64,000 nucleotides of DNA from Myxococcota bacterium (GTDB taxonomy: Bacteria; Myxococcota_C; UBA6777), in NCBI GenBank assembly GCA_023150835.1, contig JAKLKB010000043.1, forward strand, positions 1 to 64,000. Reading direction: 5' to 3'. The notes beneath the pieces are model-generated. The model saw only the letters and a list, made by a program, of their open reading frames with translations, was not told where the DNA came from and made no database searches. This document shows, in pieces, positions 54,818 through 64,000 of this stretch. The position numbers were made by a program, and so were the translations under genes. How positions within the stretch are numbered: position 1 is the first letter of the stretch; every line of letters begins with the position of its first letter.

Positions 54818-56440
54818 CTACACAGATTTGGTTTTCCACAGGTAATAGTCGTAATCGCCTTCGTAGACGCGGAGTTCGTGGCGGTCGATCTCGAAGACGC
54901 GGGTAGCGAGGGAGCGCAAGAAGTGGCGGTCGTGGCTGACGAGGATCACAGTGCCAGTGAAGTGCTTGAGTGCTCCAAGCAGGATATCGCGGGACTGGAT
55001 ATCGAGGTGGTTGGTGGGTTCGTCGAGGATCAGAAAGTTCAGGGGTTTGGCCAAGAGGATCGCCAGAGCAACTCGACTTTTTTCACCGCCCGACAAGATC
55101 GAGATATTCTTTTCCACCTCGTCGCCTTGAAACAAAAAGGCGGCAGCAAGGTTGCGTACAACGCCGACATTCATCTCGGGCATGGCTTCTTGAAGCGTGT
55201 CGACGATGCTTTTGTTGGGGGAGAGCGTTTCCATCGCGTGTTGGCTAAAGTAGCCGACGTTAACGCCCGTCCCAAGGGTAAAGACGCCACTTGTCGCTTC
55301 AGTTTGGCCAGCGAGGATCTTGAGGAAAGTAGACTTTCCTGCGCCGTTGACACCGACCACAGCGATCTTGTCGCCGCGTCGGATCATGCCGCTTGCACCG
55401 CGAAAGACGAGTTTTTCGCCACCTTGCATCAGCGGCCAGACCTTGGAGAGGTGGTCGAATTTGACGACTTCATCGCCGCTGCGCGGGGGGGGATTGAACT
55501 GAAAGCGCACAGTGCGTTGTTCTGCGGGGATCTCGATCCGTTCGATCTTGTCGATCTTTTTGATGCGGGATTGCACTTGGGCAGCATGAGAGGCTCGCGC
55601 CTTAAATCGCGCAATGAAGGCTTCCTCTTTGGCCAGTTTTTCTTGTTGGCGATTGAAGCTGGCGACCAAGTTTTCTTTGCGGATCTCGCGCTCACGTTCG
55701 TAAAAGTCGTAGTTTCCCGTGTAAGAAGTGACCGTCTGGTTTTCGATGGCGACGATGGTCTTGATCAGGCGATTCATAAATTCGCGGTCGTGGCTGGTCA
55801 TCACCAACGCACCTTCGTAGGTATTGAGCAGCCAGTCTTCGAGCCAGATGATCGACTCGACATCCAAGTGGTTGGTGGGTTCATCCAAAAGCAACACATC
55901 GGGATTTTGAAGCAGCACCCGCGCCAAAGCGATGCGCATCTTCCATCCGCCGCTGAAAGACTCGACAGGTCGGTGATAATCGTCAGGGCCGATCCCCAGC
56001 CCTGTAAGAATCGTCTGTGCGCGCACTTCAAGGTCGTAGCCACCGCGCTTTTCGAATTGCTCCATCGCTTCGCCATAACGCTCCAACAATTTTTCCATCG
56101 CATCGGCATCCATCGGCTTGCTCATCGCGGCTTCCATCTGCGCGATCTCTTGGCCGAGGCGCACCACATCAGCAGAGACTGCCTTGACCTCTTCGAGCGC
56201 CGAACGACCGGCCATATCGCCCACGCTTTGCGAAAAGTAGCCGATCACAGTCTGTTTGGCGATGCTGACTTCGCCCTCATCGGGCGCTTCTTGTCCCACG
56301 ATCAAGCGAAAGATCGTACTTTTTCCTGCGCCATTGGGTCCCACCAGACCGATCCGACTGTGCGGCAAGATCTGAAAGTTGGCCCCAGAAAACAACACTT
56401 GCGCCCCATGACGCACCGTCACTTGATTGATGTGGATCAT
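54818..56440 (-). CDS. ABC-F family ATP-binding protein
   Basis: Two NBDs (GPNGAGKST/FSGGW/LDEPTNHLD and GVNGAGKST/LSGGE/LDEPTNHLD), YTGNY linker, no TM helices. Confidence 0.95.
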   Translation of the reverse strand: MIHINQVTVRHGAQVLFSGANFQILPHSRIGLVGPNGAGKSTIFRLIVGQEAPDEGEVSIAKQTVIGYFSQSVGDMAGRSALEEVKAVSADVVRLGQEIAQMEAAMSKPMDADAMEKLLERYGEAMEQFEKRGGYDLEVRAQTILTGLGIGPDDYHRPVESFSGGWKMRIALARVLLQNPDVLLLDEPTNHLDVESIIWLEDWLLNTYEGALVMTSHDREFMNRLIKTIVAIENQTVTSYTGNYDFYEREREIRKENLVASFNRQQEKLAKEEAFIARFKARASHAAQVQSRIKKIDKIERIEIPAEQRTVRFQFNPPPRSGDEVVKFDHLSKVWPLMQGGEKLVFRGASGMIRRGDKIAVVGVNGAGKSTFLKILAGQTEATSGVFTLGTGVNVGYFSQHAMETLSPNKSIVDTLQEAMPEMNVGVVRNLAAAFLFQGDEVEKNISILSGGEKSRVALAILLAKPLNFLILDEPTNHLDIQSRDILLGALKHFTGTVILVSHDRHFLRSLATRVFEIDRHELRVYEGDYDYYLWKTKSV

Positions 56441-56593
56441 CGAAATACTCCATCCATACGGCAAGATCGCGTTTCAACAACAACGCTTGTTCCCCAAAAT
56501 CGCCGCATCATACAAATGCCCCCCCTGTATGACAAGCACAAAACGCCTTGGGTGCTTTTGATGGCGCGTAGGAGTTACGCAGTCGGATGATCT

Positions 56594-56718
56594 TGTGGGG
56601 CGAGGTACCATACCCCGCCATAGAACCCCCTTGACCCCGTGATGGGCGAAAAGCTCACCGTTTTTCAAGCCAACGACTCTGTCACTTGGACGGCCGCGAG
56701 CACGGGGGTTTTTTGGCC
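56594..56718 (+). repeat. Family A repeat, copy 12 (hairpins eroded)
   Basis: CCCTTGACCCCG, TTTTTCAAGCC, GCGAGCACGGGGGTTTTTTGG. Confidence 0.75.
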
Positions 56719-56741
56719 GACTGCGCAAATCCTCTCCGCGT

Positions 56742-58691
56742 TTAGGGCGTTTCGATACCGGTGAAATCGCGGCAGATCCCCATCGCTTCGGTCACGATGT
56801 CATGTTGTTCGCGTGTCAGCGTGCGATAAAATCCATCGGAGGCGACACGATAGGCTTCTTCGGGAGTCATACCGATGGCTTCAAGCCGCGCAGCATCTTC
56901 GCGGATGGTCTGCTGGACGTGTTCGCGTAGCTGGGCTTTGGCGTGTTCACGATCGGATTGGCTGTCAAAGATGTTGCCGATAAAAGAAGCGATGGTTCCG
57001 CCGATCACAAGGGCCACTCCAAATGGAGCGCCCACGCCCGTTGCGATCATCGCGGCCCCCACAAGCGCCGCGCCATTGCCGATCACTTCGGCTGCGGCTC
57101 CTGCGTTGGGGTTGCTTTGATAATCGCCGATGCTCATCGCAAAGCCCAAGCCAGCACCGAGCGGGCCAAGAACCTTGCTTGCGGTACTCGCAAACCCCGC
57201 AACAGTAGCGGCTGAGTTCACAAACCGCCCAGAGTTGGCCAGATACGTCGCTGCGGCTCCCACGATATCTGCACCAGAAGCCGCTGTTTGGACCATGCTG
57301 GTGATCGCAGCGTCCCACTGGCCTTTTCCAACAGAGTCGATGGTTCCGGCGATGCCAAACACAAGGCCCGCAGACGCAAGCCCCACCCCCAGAGGCGTAT
57401 TGCCGAGTTCACCAAGCGCCGCCGTCATCTCCGAAGGACTCAAGAACTGGCCTTGCGCCATCGGCGCAAAGATCGCATGGGCTTGTTGCAACGCCACCCC
57501 AAGACTGGTCGCCGCTGAGCCTGTTCCTGAGACAGTCTCCAACAACGACGGATTTTGCTGGAGTTGCTCGATCAGCGTCGTCATCTGTGCAGCCGCTGCG
57601 GCAGGATCTCCGCTCGCTAATTGGAGATATTCGTTGGCCGCCGTCCCAAGGGCAGAACCAAGGATCTCCCCGTTGATCGAGGAAAGCTGATCGCGAAACA
57701 CTTCGCGAAGGCGAGGATCGGCGTTGACGCTGTTGACCCATTGTGCTGTTTGTGCGCCAAAGCCGGGGGTCGAAGCAAGAGTCCGATATCCGTCCGCAAT
57801 AAACGAAGCCATCTGTGGTTGAAACGTTGAATCCGACAGCATCGCTGTTTGGGCTTCGGAGAGCTCGCGTTGCAGGTTTCGGGCAGCTTGTTGTTGTGCA
57901 TCGTAGAGAGGCTGATGTTCGCGACGGTATTGTTCGATATAGGCTTGTTGTTGGGTCGGCGTCAGATTGTTGCCAAACGAAGCGATATCACGGGCAAGAT
58001 CAGCTTCTGCCTGTTTCACAGCGTCGTTGGCTGATTCGTAGCTCCGTTGCGCATTTTGCAATTCGTTGATGTGCTGCACATTCGCCGGAGGGCCCGGGAC
58101 AACTGGCGTTGGTGGCGTGTTTGGTGGTGTGGTCGCAGGCGGTGTTGCCGTCGGCGGCGTAGTCGTCGTGGGTGGCGTCGTGGGTGGAGCTGTCGGTGTG
58201 GGTGGAGCTGTCGGTGTGGGTGGAGCCGTTGGTGTGGGTGGAGCCGTCGGTGTGGGTGGAGCCGTCGGTGTGGCCGTCGGTGTCGCGGTTGGTGTCGCGG
58301 TTGGTGTCGCGGTTGGTGTCGCGGTCGGTGTCGCGGTTGGTGTCGCGGTCGGTGTCGCGGTCGGTGTCGCGGTTGGTGTCGCGGTTGGTGTGGCCGTACT
58401 GGGTGCAGAAGTTTGGCGGGATTGAAGGCTTTGGGAGAGCTGCTTCGAGAAAAATTGAGCGGTGTTTCGCACGTCACCAAGGCTGTGTTGTGCGGCTTTG
58501 CGCAGCCCACCGATCTGCTCGGAAGACAGGCTTTGGGACGAAGATGGGGGGGGATTTTGTTTGGCTTGTTGAGTGGCTTTCTGAGCTTCGGCAGCTTTTT
58601 GGGCTTCCGCAGCACGGCGAGCTTCGGCAGCTTTTTGGGCTTCCGCAGCACGGCGAGCTTCATCGGATCGAGAAGAAGAAACTTTTGACAT
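56742..58691 (-). CDS. Large effector-like protein (649 aa) with Pro/Thr linker and C-terminal Gly/Ala-rich hydrophobic helices
   Basis: GGAGG RBS before ATG 58691; EARRAAEAQKAA repeats; TATP and TAPPTP repeats; LVGAAMIATGVGAPFGVALVIGG. Confidence 0.78.
   Translation of the reverse strand: MSKVSSSRSDEARRAAEAQKAAEARRAAEAQKAAEAQKATQQAKQNPPPSSSQSLSSEQIGGLRKAAQHSLGDVRNTAQFFSKQLSQSLQSRQTSAPSTATPTATPTATPTATPTATPTATPTATPTATPTATPTATPTATPTAPPTPTAPPTPTAPPTPTAPPTPTAPPTTPPTTTTPPTATPPATTPPNTPPTPVVPGPPANVQHINELQNAQRSYESANDAVKQAEADLARDIASFGNNLTPTQQQAYIEQYRREHQPLYDAQQQAARNLQRELSEAQTAMLSDSTFQPQMASFIADGYRTLASTPGFGAQTAQWVNSVNADPRLREVFRDQLSSINGEILGSALGTAANEYLQLASGDPAAAAAQMTTLIEQLQQNPSLLETVSGTGSAATSLGVALQQAHAIFAPMAQGQFLSPSEMTAALGELGNTPLGVGLASAGLVFGIAGTIDSVGKGQWDAAITSMVQTAASGADIVGAAATYLANSGRFVNSAATVAGFASTASKVLGPLGAGLGFAMSIGDYQSNPNAGAAAEVIGNGAALVGAAMIATGVGAPFGVALVIGGTIASFIGNIFDSQSDREHAKAQLREHVQQTIREDAARLEAIGMTPEEAYRVASDGFYRTLTREQHDIVTEAMGICRDFTGIETP
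58182..58396 (-). repeat. 12-bp (TATP, ~11 copies) and 18-bp (TAPPTP, ~5 copies) coding tandem repeats
   Basis: GGTGTCGCGGT(T/C) and GGTGTGGGTGGAGC units. Confidence 0.9.
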
Positions 58692-58895
58692 AGCGAACCT
58701 CCAAAGAACGCAAAGAACCTGCCCGATATCGACAAGTTTTGCTTTGTTAGCGAAGCGATCATCAACACCAAAAAGGCGAATTGAACGAGCTTTGGATGAG
58801 AAGCTATCACGCCAAAAAGATATCAAACACACCTTTCGTTCAAGGCCAAAGCGACACCGAATCAAGAGAGAAGTAAATACAAGTTGACTTGTTAA

Positions 58896-59020
58896 CAAAA
58901 AACCCCGTGTTCGCGCCACTTCAAGCGGCAGCGCTATCGGTTTGAAAAACGCCTGTTCGCCCCGCCAATGCAGGGTCAAGGGAGCGCGCTCCCTTGTGGG
59001 GTGTGGGGTAAAACCCCACA
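58896..59020 (-). repeat. Family A repeat, copy 13
   Basis: GTGGGGTTTTACCCCAC, CAAGGGAGCGCGCTCCCTTG, TTCAA-N17-TTGAA, GCGAACACGGGG. Confidence 0.9.
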
Positions 59021-59063
59021 AAAACCATCGAACTGTGCAAGCCGTATCGGCTCCAAGAGCCGA

Positions 59064-60203
59064 TCACCCGATCCCAAAAGAGCGCATCAGCACCCAATAG
59101 AGGGCGATAGCAAGAACAACAGCGTTGAGGAAGCGTTGCCAGCGCCGTCCATCTTTGGCGAGCAGTAGGCGTTGCAACAGCGGAAAGGCGACCACTACGA
59201 TCGCGATCTGGCCGATCTCGACGCCTAGATTGAAAGAGAACAGGGCAGGCAAAAGCCCTTGGGCTTGGGGATGGATCTTGTCTCGCAGGACATAAGAAAA
59301 ACCGAAGCCGTGGATCAAGCCGAACACAGCAGCCATCCACGCTCGAAGTTTCATGGAAGGCGCATCGCGCCAGATATTTTCTGCGGCGATTAGGGCGATA
59401 GAAAGAGCGATCACCACTTCGACAGGGCGTTCGGGTAGTGCGAGGATTTGAAGGGCACTCAAGATCAACGTGACGCTGTGGCCAAGTGTAAAGGCCGTAA
59501 TAATCCAGAGCAATTGACCAAGGCGAGCCACCGCAAACAACAAGACGATCAAAAACAAGACGTGATCGTAGCCGATCCAGATATGCCATATGCCTTCCCA
59601 AAGAAAGGCCCCGATCAAGGCATGGCCTTGTGGAAGCGTGGATTTCGTCGGTGGGTGGGGCGATGTGGAGGTCGGAGTAGTTGTGGGCGGATCAAAGTGC
59701 AGCGTGTATGTTGGGAAAAACTGGGAGATGACGGTGCGGCGGGCAGGTTTTCCATCGATCTCGATCTGGACGTAATGGCGATGGCCGCCCTGATCCTCAA
59801 GCAAGATCTTGTTTTCGATCAAGACCGAACCAAGGGGCTTTGTGCAAGCGCGCTTTTGGAAGAACAAGATCCGCCGCCCACCTTGTCCCCAACGCATCTG
59901 TTGTTCGTACACGCGGCACAAAGCGTCGTTGTTACTGATCAAGAGGCGACTTGCGAGATAACGCTCGATCGGATCACGCGCCGCCTCAAGCGATCGCAGC
60001 GGGACGCGCTTGGTTTGGGGATCTTCGAGTTTGAGATAAGAGCCGACATCTTGGGCGCTCACCGAAAGTCCTACCGAGATATCCGCCTGAGCGGTGTCGA
60101 TCTTGAGGCGCATCTGCCCGGGAGAAGTCATGTGTGCTTGCGCATCAGCGGCCCCTCCAAAGAAGACGAGCGCCCCGAGGACAAAAGAAAAAATCTTGAT
60201 CAT
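59064..60203 (-). CDS. HupE/UreJ family membrane protein with N-terminal periplasmic domain
   Basis: EGIWHIWIGYDHVLF, TAFTLGHSVTL, FGLIHGFGF, FNLGVEIGQ; signal peptide AQA-H. Confidence 0.92.
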   Translation of the reverse strand: MIKIFSFVLGALVFFGGAADAQAHMTSPGQMRLKIDTAQADISVGLSVSAQDVGSYLKLEDPQTKRVPLRSLEAARDPIERYLASRLLISNNDALCRVYEQQMRWGQGGRRILFFQKRACTKPLGSVLIENKILLEDQGGHRHYVQIEIDGKPARRTVISQFFPTYTLHFDPPTTTPTSTSPHPPTKSTLPQGHALIGAFLWEGIWHIWIGYDHVLFLIVLLFAVARLGQLLWIITAFTLGHSVTLILSALQILALPERPVEVVIALSIALIAAENIWRDAPSMKLRAWMAAVFGLIHGFGFSYVLRDKIHPQAQGLLPALFSFNLGVEIGQIAIVVVAFPLLQRLLLAKDGRRWQRFLNAVVLAIALYWVLMRSFGIG

Positions 60204-60240
60204 GTAGAACTCACGCAATTGGTTTGTTGGATGGGGCGCT

Positions 60241-60510
60241 GCCCCATACGCGCCTTGTTAAGGTGGAAACCTCGTAGAGTCGGTCTTGATCGCCTTTTTT
60301 TTTGTTCTCCCCCCCTCAATCCCCCCGTGAACGGGGGGAAGTTGGAACGGGCAGCGTCTGCATTTCGTGCATACAGCGTGCGTCATGAAAAAACAAAATC
60401 CCCGATGCTTCCGACTTTCGCTCCCTCCCCTGTTCACGGCGACTTTCGCTCCCTCCCCTGTTCACGGGGGAGGGCGGGGTGGGGGGCTTTCCTCCGCTTC
60501 ACCCAACGCC
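60241..60510 (+). repeat. Family C dispersed repeat, with an internal 28-bp tandem duplication
   Basis: Matches 1-202 inverted; hairpins CCCCCCG-TGAA-CGGGGGG and CTCCCC..GGGGAG; CGACTTTCGCTCCCTCCCCTGTTCACGG twice. Confidence 0.85.
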
Positions 60511-60511
60511 T

Positions 60512-60638
60512 ATGGGGCGCTGCCCCAAACCCCGCAAGGGAGCGCGGCTCCCTTAACCCCGTGTTGGCGAAGAGAACACTGTTTTTCACACCAACGACTC
60601 TCTCGCTTGATGCCACACGAACGCGGGTCTTTTTTTGC
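60512..60638 (+). repeat. Family A repeat, copy 14
   Basis: TGGGGCGCTGCCCCA, AAGGGAGC-GCG-GCTCCCTT, CGCTTGA, CGAACGCGGG. Confidence 0.85.
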
Positions 60639-60654
60639 AACGGCGTCACTCAAT

Positions 60655-61980
60655 TCACGGATGCCTTGGGAGGTAGGAGCGCGGGTTGATGGGGTGCTTG
60701 TGCAAAAAGAGTCCGAAGTGCAAGTGAGGCCCCGTGGAGCGGCCCGTCGATCCGATGCTGCCGATACGTTGTCCCGAAGAGACAGGATCTTTGGGCGTTG
60801 CAAGGATCTGCGAAAGATGGCAATACAACGTGCGATAACCACGCGCATGTTCGAGAAGAACCCCCATTCCACACGATCCCATCCATCCTGCGTGCAAGAC
60901 GACTCCCTCCGCTGCCGCAAAGACCGGACTTCCAAACGGTGCCACGATATCGATGCCCTGATGAAAGCGCTGTTTCCGATGAAAAGGATCGCTGCGCAAA
61001 CCAAAACCACTGCTGATCGCGCCACGTGCAGGCCAACGCAAAAACGAAGTCGGTTCTCGAAAGCGATCGAGGTCTCGCTCCGTAAAGACCAACGGTGGGC
61101 GTGTATCGCTGTCCAACGCATCTCCTTTGGGCGCGTTGTGCATCGAAGAAGTCGTGGGCGCTGAAGATATCGCAGAGGCCGATGATGTCGATGGTTCAGG
61201 GGAGTTCATACGGTAGGTTTGGGTCAACAGCAAGGAGTTAGGGGGGGGGTGAGTTTGCGCGGTACGGGAGGGCGAGATCGTGCGAGAAGGCGTGAGCCTT
61301 GGAGGCGATGGGTGGTATCGAAGATCAAGAAGCATGATTGTGCGGACGATCCGCAACGAAAGAGATTCGGGGAAGCCTGAGAAGCGGTTGCGATCGCGAT
61401 CTCCTTCGATCTCAAGCAGATGTCGATAGGCTTGCCAAGCGGCTGCCGTCAGACAACGGCTCGGCTGTCCAAGGCTGTTAAGCAAAGAGAACCAGCGTTG
61501 TTGTCGCGCAGAAGGCGTATCGACGGCCAATAACGCACACACCCGCCGCTGAAGCCCAAGTAAAGCTGCTTTACAGATCTTCTCGTGTGCGTGGGCCTTC
61601 AAAACGATGCTCTTATCGGTTGTGTGGGTCTTATCGGTTGTATGGGTCTTATCGGTTGTGTGGATCTTGTCGGTTGTATGGGTCTTGTCGTTTGTGTGGA
61701 TCTTGTCGTTTGTGTGGATCTTGTCGTTTGTGTGGGTCTTCAAAACCATGCGGCGACAGACAGCCGAAAGAGGATGAGCAGGAGACAGCGTTTGAGACGG
61801 AATAACCGAGGAAGAACGAGCGGCGGTGTGAGCGGATCGATCATGGGGATAGGCTTTTGTGGAGAGAAGCGGAGCGTTGGGGTGGATGGTGTGCGAAGGC
61901 GTACAAGCGGAAGATATCAACGCGAAGAAGGCAAGGAAAAGAAAGGCAGGGGAGTTGAAAGAAAGGTGTGACACAAACAT
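60655..61980 (-). CDS. M23 family metallopeptidase lipoprotein
   Basis: Lipobox SSAC; ISSGFGLR, HQGID, YCHLS, GSTGRSTGPHLHF; K(T/I)HT(T/N)D x7 18-bp repeat at 61613-61740. Confidence 0.88.
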   Translation of the reverse strand: MFVSHLSFNSPAFLFLAFFALISSACTPSHTIHPNAPLLSTKAYPHDRSAHTAARSSSVIPSQTLSPAHPLSAVCRRMVLKTHTNDKIHTNDKIHTNDKTHTTDKIHTTDKTHTTDKTHTTDKSIVLKAHAHEKICKAALLGLQRRVCALLAVDTPSARQQRWFSLLNSLGQPSRCLTAAAWQAYRHLLEIEGDRDRNRFSGFPESLSLRIVRTIMLLDLRYHPSPPRLTPSRTISPSRTAQTHPPPNSLLLTQTYRMNSPEPSTSSASAISSAPTTSSMHNAPKGDALDSDTRPPLVFTERDLDRFREPTSFLRWPARGAISSGFGLRSDPFHRKQRFHQGIDIVAPFGSPVFAAAEGVVLHAGWMGSCGMGVLLEHARGYRTLYCHLSQILATPKDPVSSGQRIGSIGSTGRSTGPHLHFGLFLHKHPINPRSYLPRHP

Positions 61981-62067
61981 GGTGTATCCGTGTATGTTTG
62001 AAGAAACGCCAAGATGCAGAGTGTATCCGAGGGCAAAAGCGAAGACAAGAGAGGCAGAGAGGCAGAA

Positions 62068-63504
62068 ATGCAGGAGAGATCCAAGCAGAGCGGTTGGAAA
62101 CTGTTATTTGATGGGGGGACGGTGATCTTGGAAGCCCCCAAGGATCTAGGGGGATCGCCACCACCGCCTGAGCTGCGGTACGACGAGCGGATCGGGTATT
62201 ATCGGGCGCGGGGGATGGATTATCGGCGGGTTCGGACATGGGTGCATCGGCTTGGCGTCGATTACACCGATGAAGCCGAACAATACAACCGATTGGAGTT
62301 AAAGCCACATTACAAGCGAGAGGCTCGGCCCTATCAGGCCGAAGGTATCGCTGCATGGAAGGCCGCAGGAAAGCGGGGATTGATCTTGTTGCCGACGGGG
62401 ACAGGGAAATCCTTTGTGGCGGAGTTGGCGATGATGGAGACCCAACGTTCGACGTTGGTGGTGGCACCCACGATCGACTTAATGAACCAATGGTACGAGA
62501 TCTTGTCCTCTTCTTTTCAGCGGAGTGTCGGGCTTTTGGGGGGAGGTTATCACGAGATCGAAGATATCACGGTGAGTACATACGACTCGGCTTATCTGCA
62601 CATGGAACGGCTCGGAGGGCGTTTTGGGCTGTTGATCTTTGATGAAGTGCATCACTTGCCGGGGCCGAGTTATCTGTACGCAGCGGAATGTTGTATTGCG
62701 CCGTTTCGGCTCGGACTGACGGCGACACTCGAACGCCCCGATGGTCGGCATCAATTGTTGGATGAGGTCGTGGGTCCGATCGTGTATCATCGCTCGATTC
62801 GAGAGTTGGCGGGTGAGTACCTTGCGGAGTACGATGTGGAACAGATCACGGTGGAGCTCGATCCTGACGAGTTTATCGAGTACACCGAAGCGCGTGAAGT
62901 GTACCGAAGCTTCGTGAGAGAAAAAGGGATCCGATTTGGTGGTCCGCAAGGATGGGGACAGTTTGTGTTGGTGAGCAGCCGAAGCGCAGTGGGTCGGCGG
63001 GCAATGAAAGCCTACCAAACCGCCCGTCGATTGGCGCTTTCAGCGCCATCCAAGCTGCGCGATCTGGAGGGCTTGTTGCGGCGGCACAAAAAAGACCGTG
63101 TGATCATCTTTACAAATGACAACGACTCGGTCTATCGGATTAGTCGGCGTTTTTTGATTCCTGCGATCACGCATCAAACCGATGCGAAGGAGCGCAAAGA
63201 GATCCTCAGCCGCTTTAATGAAGGGATCTACCCTTGCTTGGTGACTTCTCGCGTGTTGAACGAAGGCGTGAACGTGCCAGACGTGAACGTCGGGATCATC
63301 TTGAGCGGGACAGGAAGCGTGCGCGAACATGTGCAGCGGTTGGGGCGGATCTTGCGAAAGCAGCCCGACAAACGCGCAACCCTCTACGAGATCGTCACCG
63401 CCAACACCGTCGAGCAGTACGTCAGCGAACGGCGGCGCGAACACGACGCCTACCGCCGAGACGAAGAACAAGATCCCGAGCCTGAACCTGATATGCAGGA
63501 CTGA
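62068..63504 (+). CDS. XPB/Rad25 (SSL2)-like superfamily 2 helicase
   Basis: LPTGTGKS, DEVHH, LGLTAT, LNEGVNVPD, QRLGRILR. Confidence 0.92.
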   Translation: MQERSKQSGWKLLFDGGTVILEAPKDLGGSPPPPELRYDERIGYYRARGMDYRRVRTWVHRLGVDYTDEAEQYNRLELKPHYKREARPYQAEGIAAWKAAGKRGLILLPTGTGKSFVAELAMMETQRSTLVVAPTIDLMNQWYEILSSSFQRSVGLLGGGYHEIEDITVSTYDSAYLHMERLGGRFGLLIFDEVHHLPGPSYLYAAECCIAPFRLGLTATLERPDGRHQLLDEVVGPIVYHRSIRELAGEYLAEYDVEQITVELDPDEFIEYTEAREVYRSFVREKGIRFGGPQGWGQFVLVSSRSAVGRRAMKAYQTARRLALSAPSKLRDLEGLLRRHKKDRVIIFTNDNDSVYRISRRFLIPAITHQTDAKERKEILSRFNEGIYPCLVTSRVLNEGVNVPDVNVGIILSGTGSVREHVQRLGRILRKQPDKRATLYEIVTANTVEQYVSERRREHDAYRRDEEQDPEPEPDMQD

Positions 63505-63604
63505 GTGCAGATGCCGCAAAGAGCGAAGCACCGCCATTCGAAAGAGGTGAACAAGCCGATGGGAACGAAGCGAACAAGCCGATGAGATGGAGGAGAAAGA
63601 GCGG

Positions 63605-64000
63605 ATGTTGACAACGGATCTGATCCGCGTGAGCGAAAAAGGCGAGAGCATCGAGCCGCGCTACATCAAGATAGAGAAGTTAAAGTCCTTTGAAAAAGTC
63701 GAACGGCTGATCGAGGCATACCGCGCACACGTCGGCAAGCCGAGGGGCGCGTTGGAAGAAGAGCTGAAAGATATCATTGGGGACGGAACGGACTTTCTCA
63801 TGCAACGTGGCCTCGCCAAACTGCTTGCGGATCGCTCAGAGTTTGTCGTGGTTTCCCCGCTTTCTCCGATCGAGTTGCGCCGAAAGATCTTTGAGACGGT
63901 TGCTCAGGTGCATCCTGTGACGCAAACCCCCGATCTGCACCACCCGACCACACGCGAAGGGATCTTGGGCCAAGTAGCCGAAGAGTTGGGCGTGACCGAA
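63605..64000 (+). CDS. DUF790 (Bax1-like) nuclease family protein, N-terminal part, truncated by the window end
   Basis: MLTTDLIR...IEPRYI...RGLAKLLADRSEF; GGAGG RBS; lies directly after the XPB-like helicase, its usual partner. Confidence 0.8.
   Translation, partial: MLTTDLIRVSEKGESIEPRYIKIEKLKSFEKVERLIEAYRAHVGKPRGALEEELKDIIGDGTDFLMQRGLAKLLADRSEFVVVSPLSPIELRRKIFETVAQVHPVTQTPDLHHPTTREGILGQVAEELGVTE

Overview
This 64-kb window is bacterial chromosome, most likely Myxococcota, judging from eukaryotic-like Ser/Thr kinases, a MYXO-CTERM-like sorting signal, Cys-rich lipoproteins and an XPB-like helicase/DUF790 pair. It holds about 35 protein genes. I found no rRNA, tRNA, CRISPR array, transposase or integrase. 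Main observations: (1) A 1,728-bp AT-rich restriction-modification unit (38545-40272) is an integron gene cassette with a complete attC. It has recombined into the middle of a PIN/VapC toxin gene whose two halves rejoin in frame, and that TA module has traces of being a cassette itself. (2) A SelW/Rdx-family selenoprotein (CxxU, in-frame TGA plus a candidate SECIS) lies at 10853-11080 and is absent from the ORF track. (3) Three interleaved dispersed repeat families are present: a ~125-bp structured element (14 copies, one read in frame in a gene), a ~110-bp TIR-bounded REP-carrying MITE (9 loci) and a ~230-bp element (2 copies). (4) Three large signal-peptide-less effector-like proteins occur, one with a papain-like Cys-His-Asp triad. 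(5) A kinase-TPR-fibre lipoprotein module shows duplication and tip-swap scars. (6) There is a pseudokinase and a prolyl oligopeptidase frameshifted in a poly-C tract. Family assignments come from motif recognition by eye; no database searches were run.
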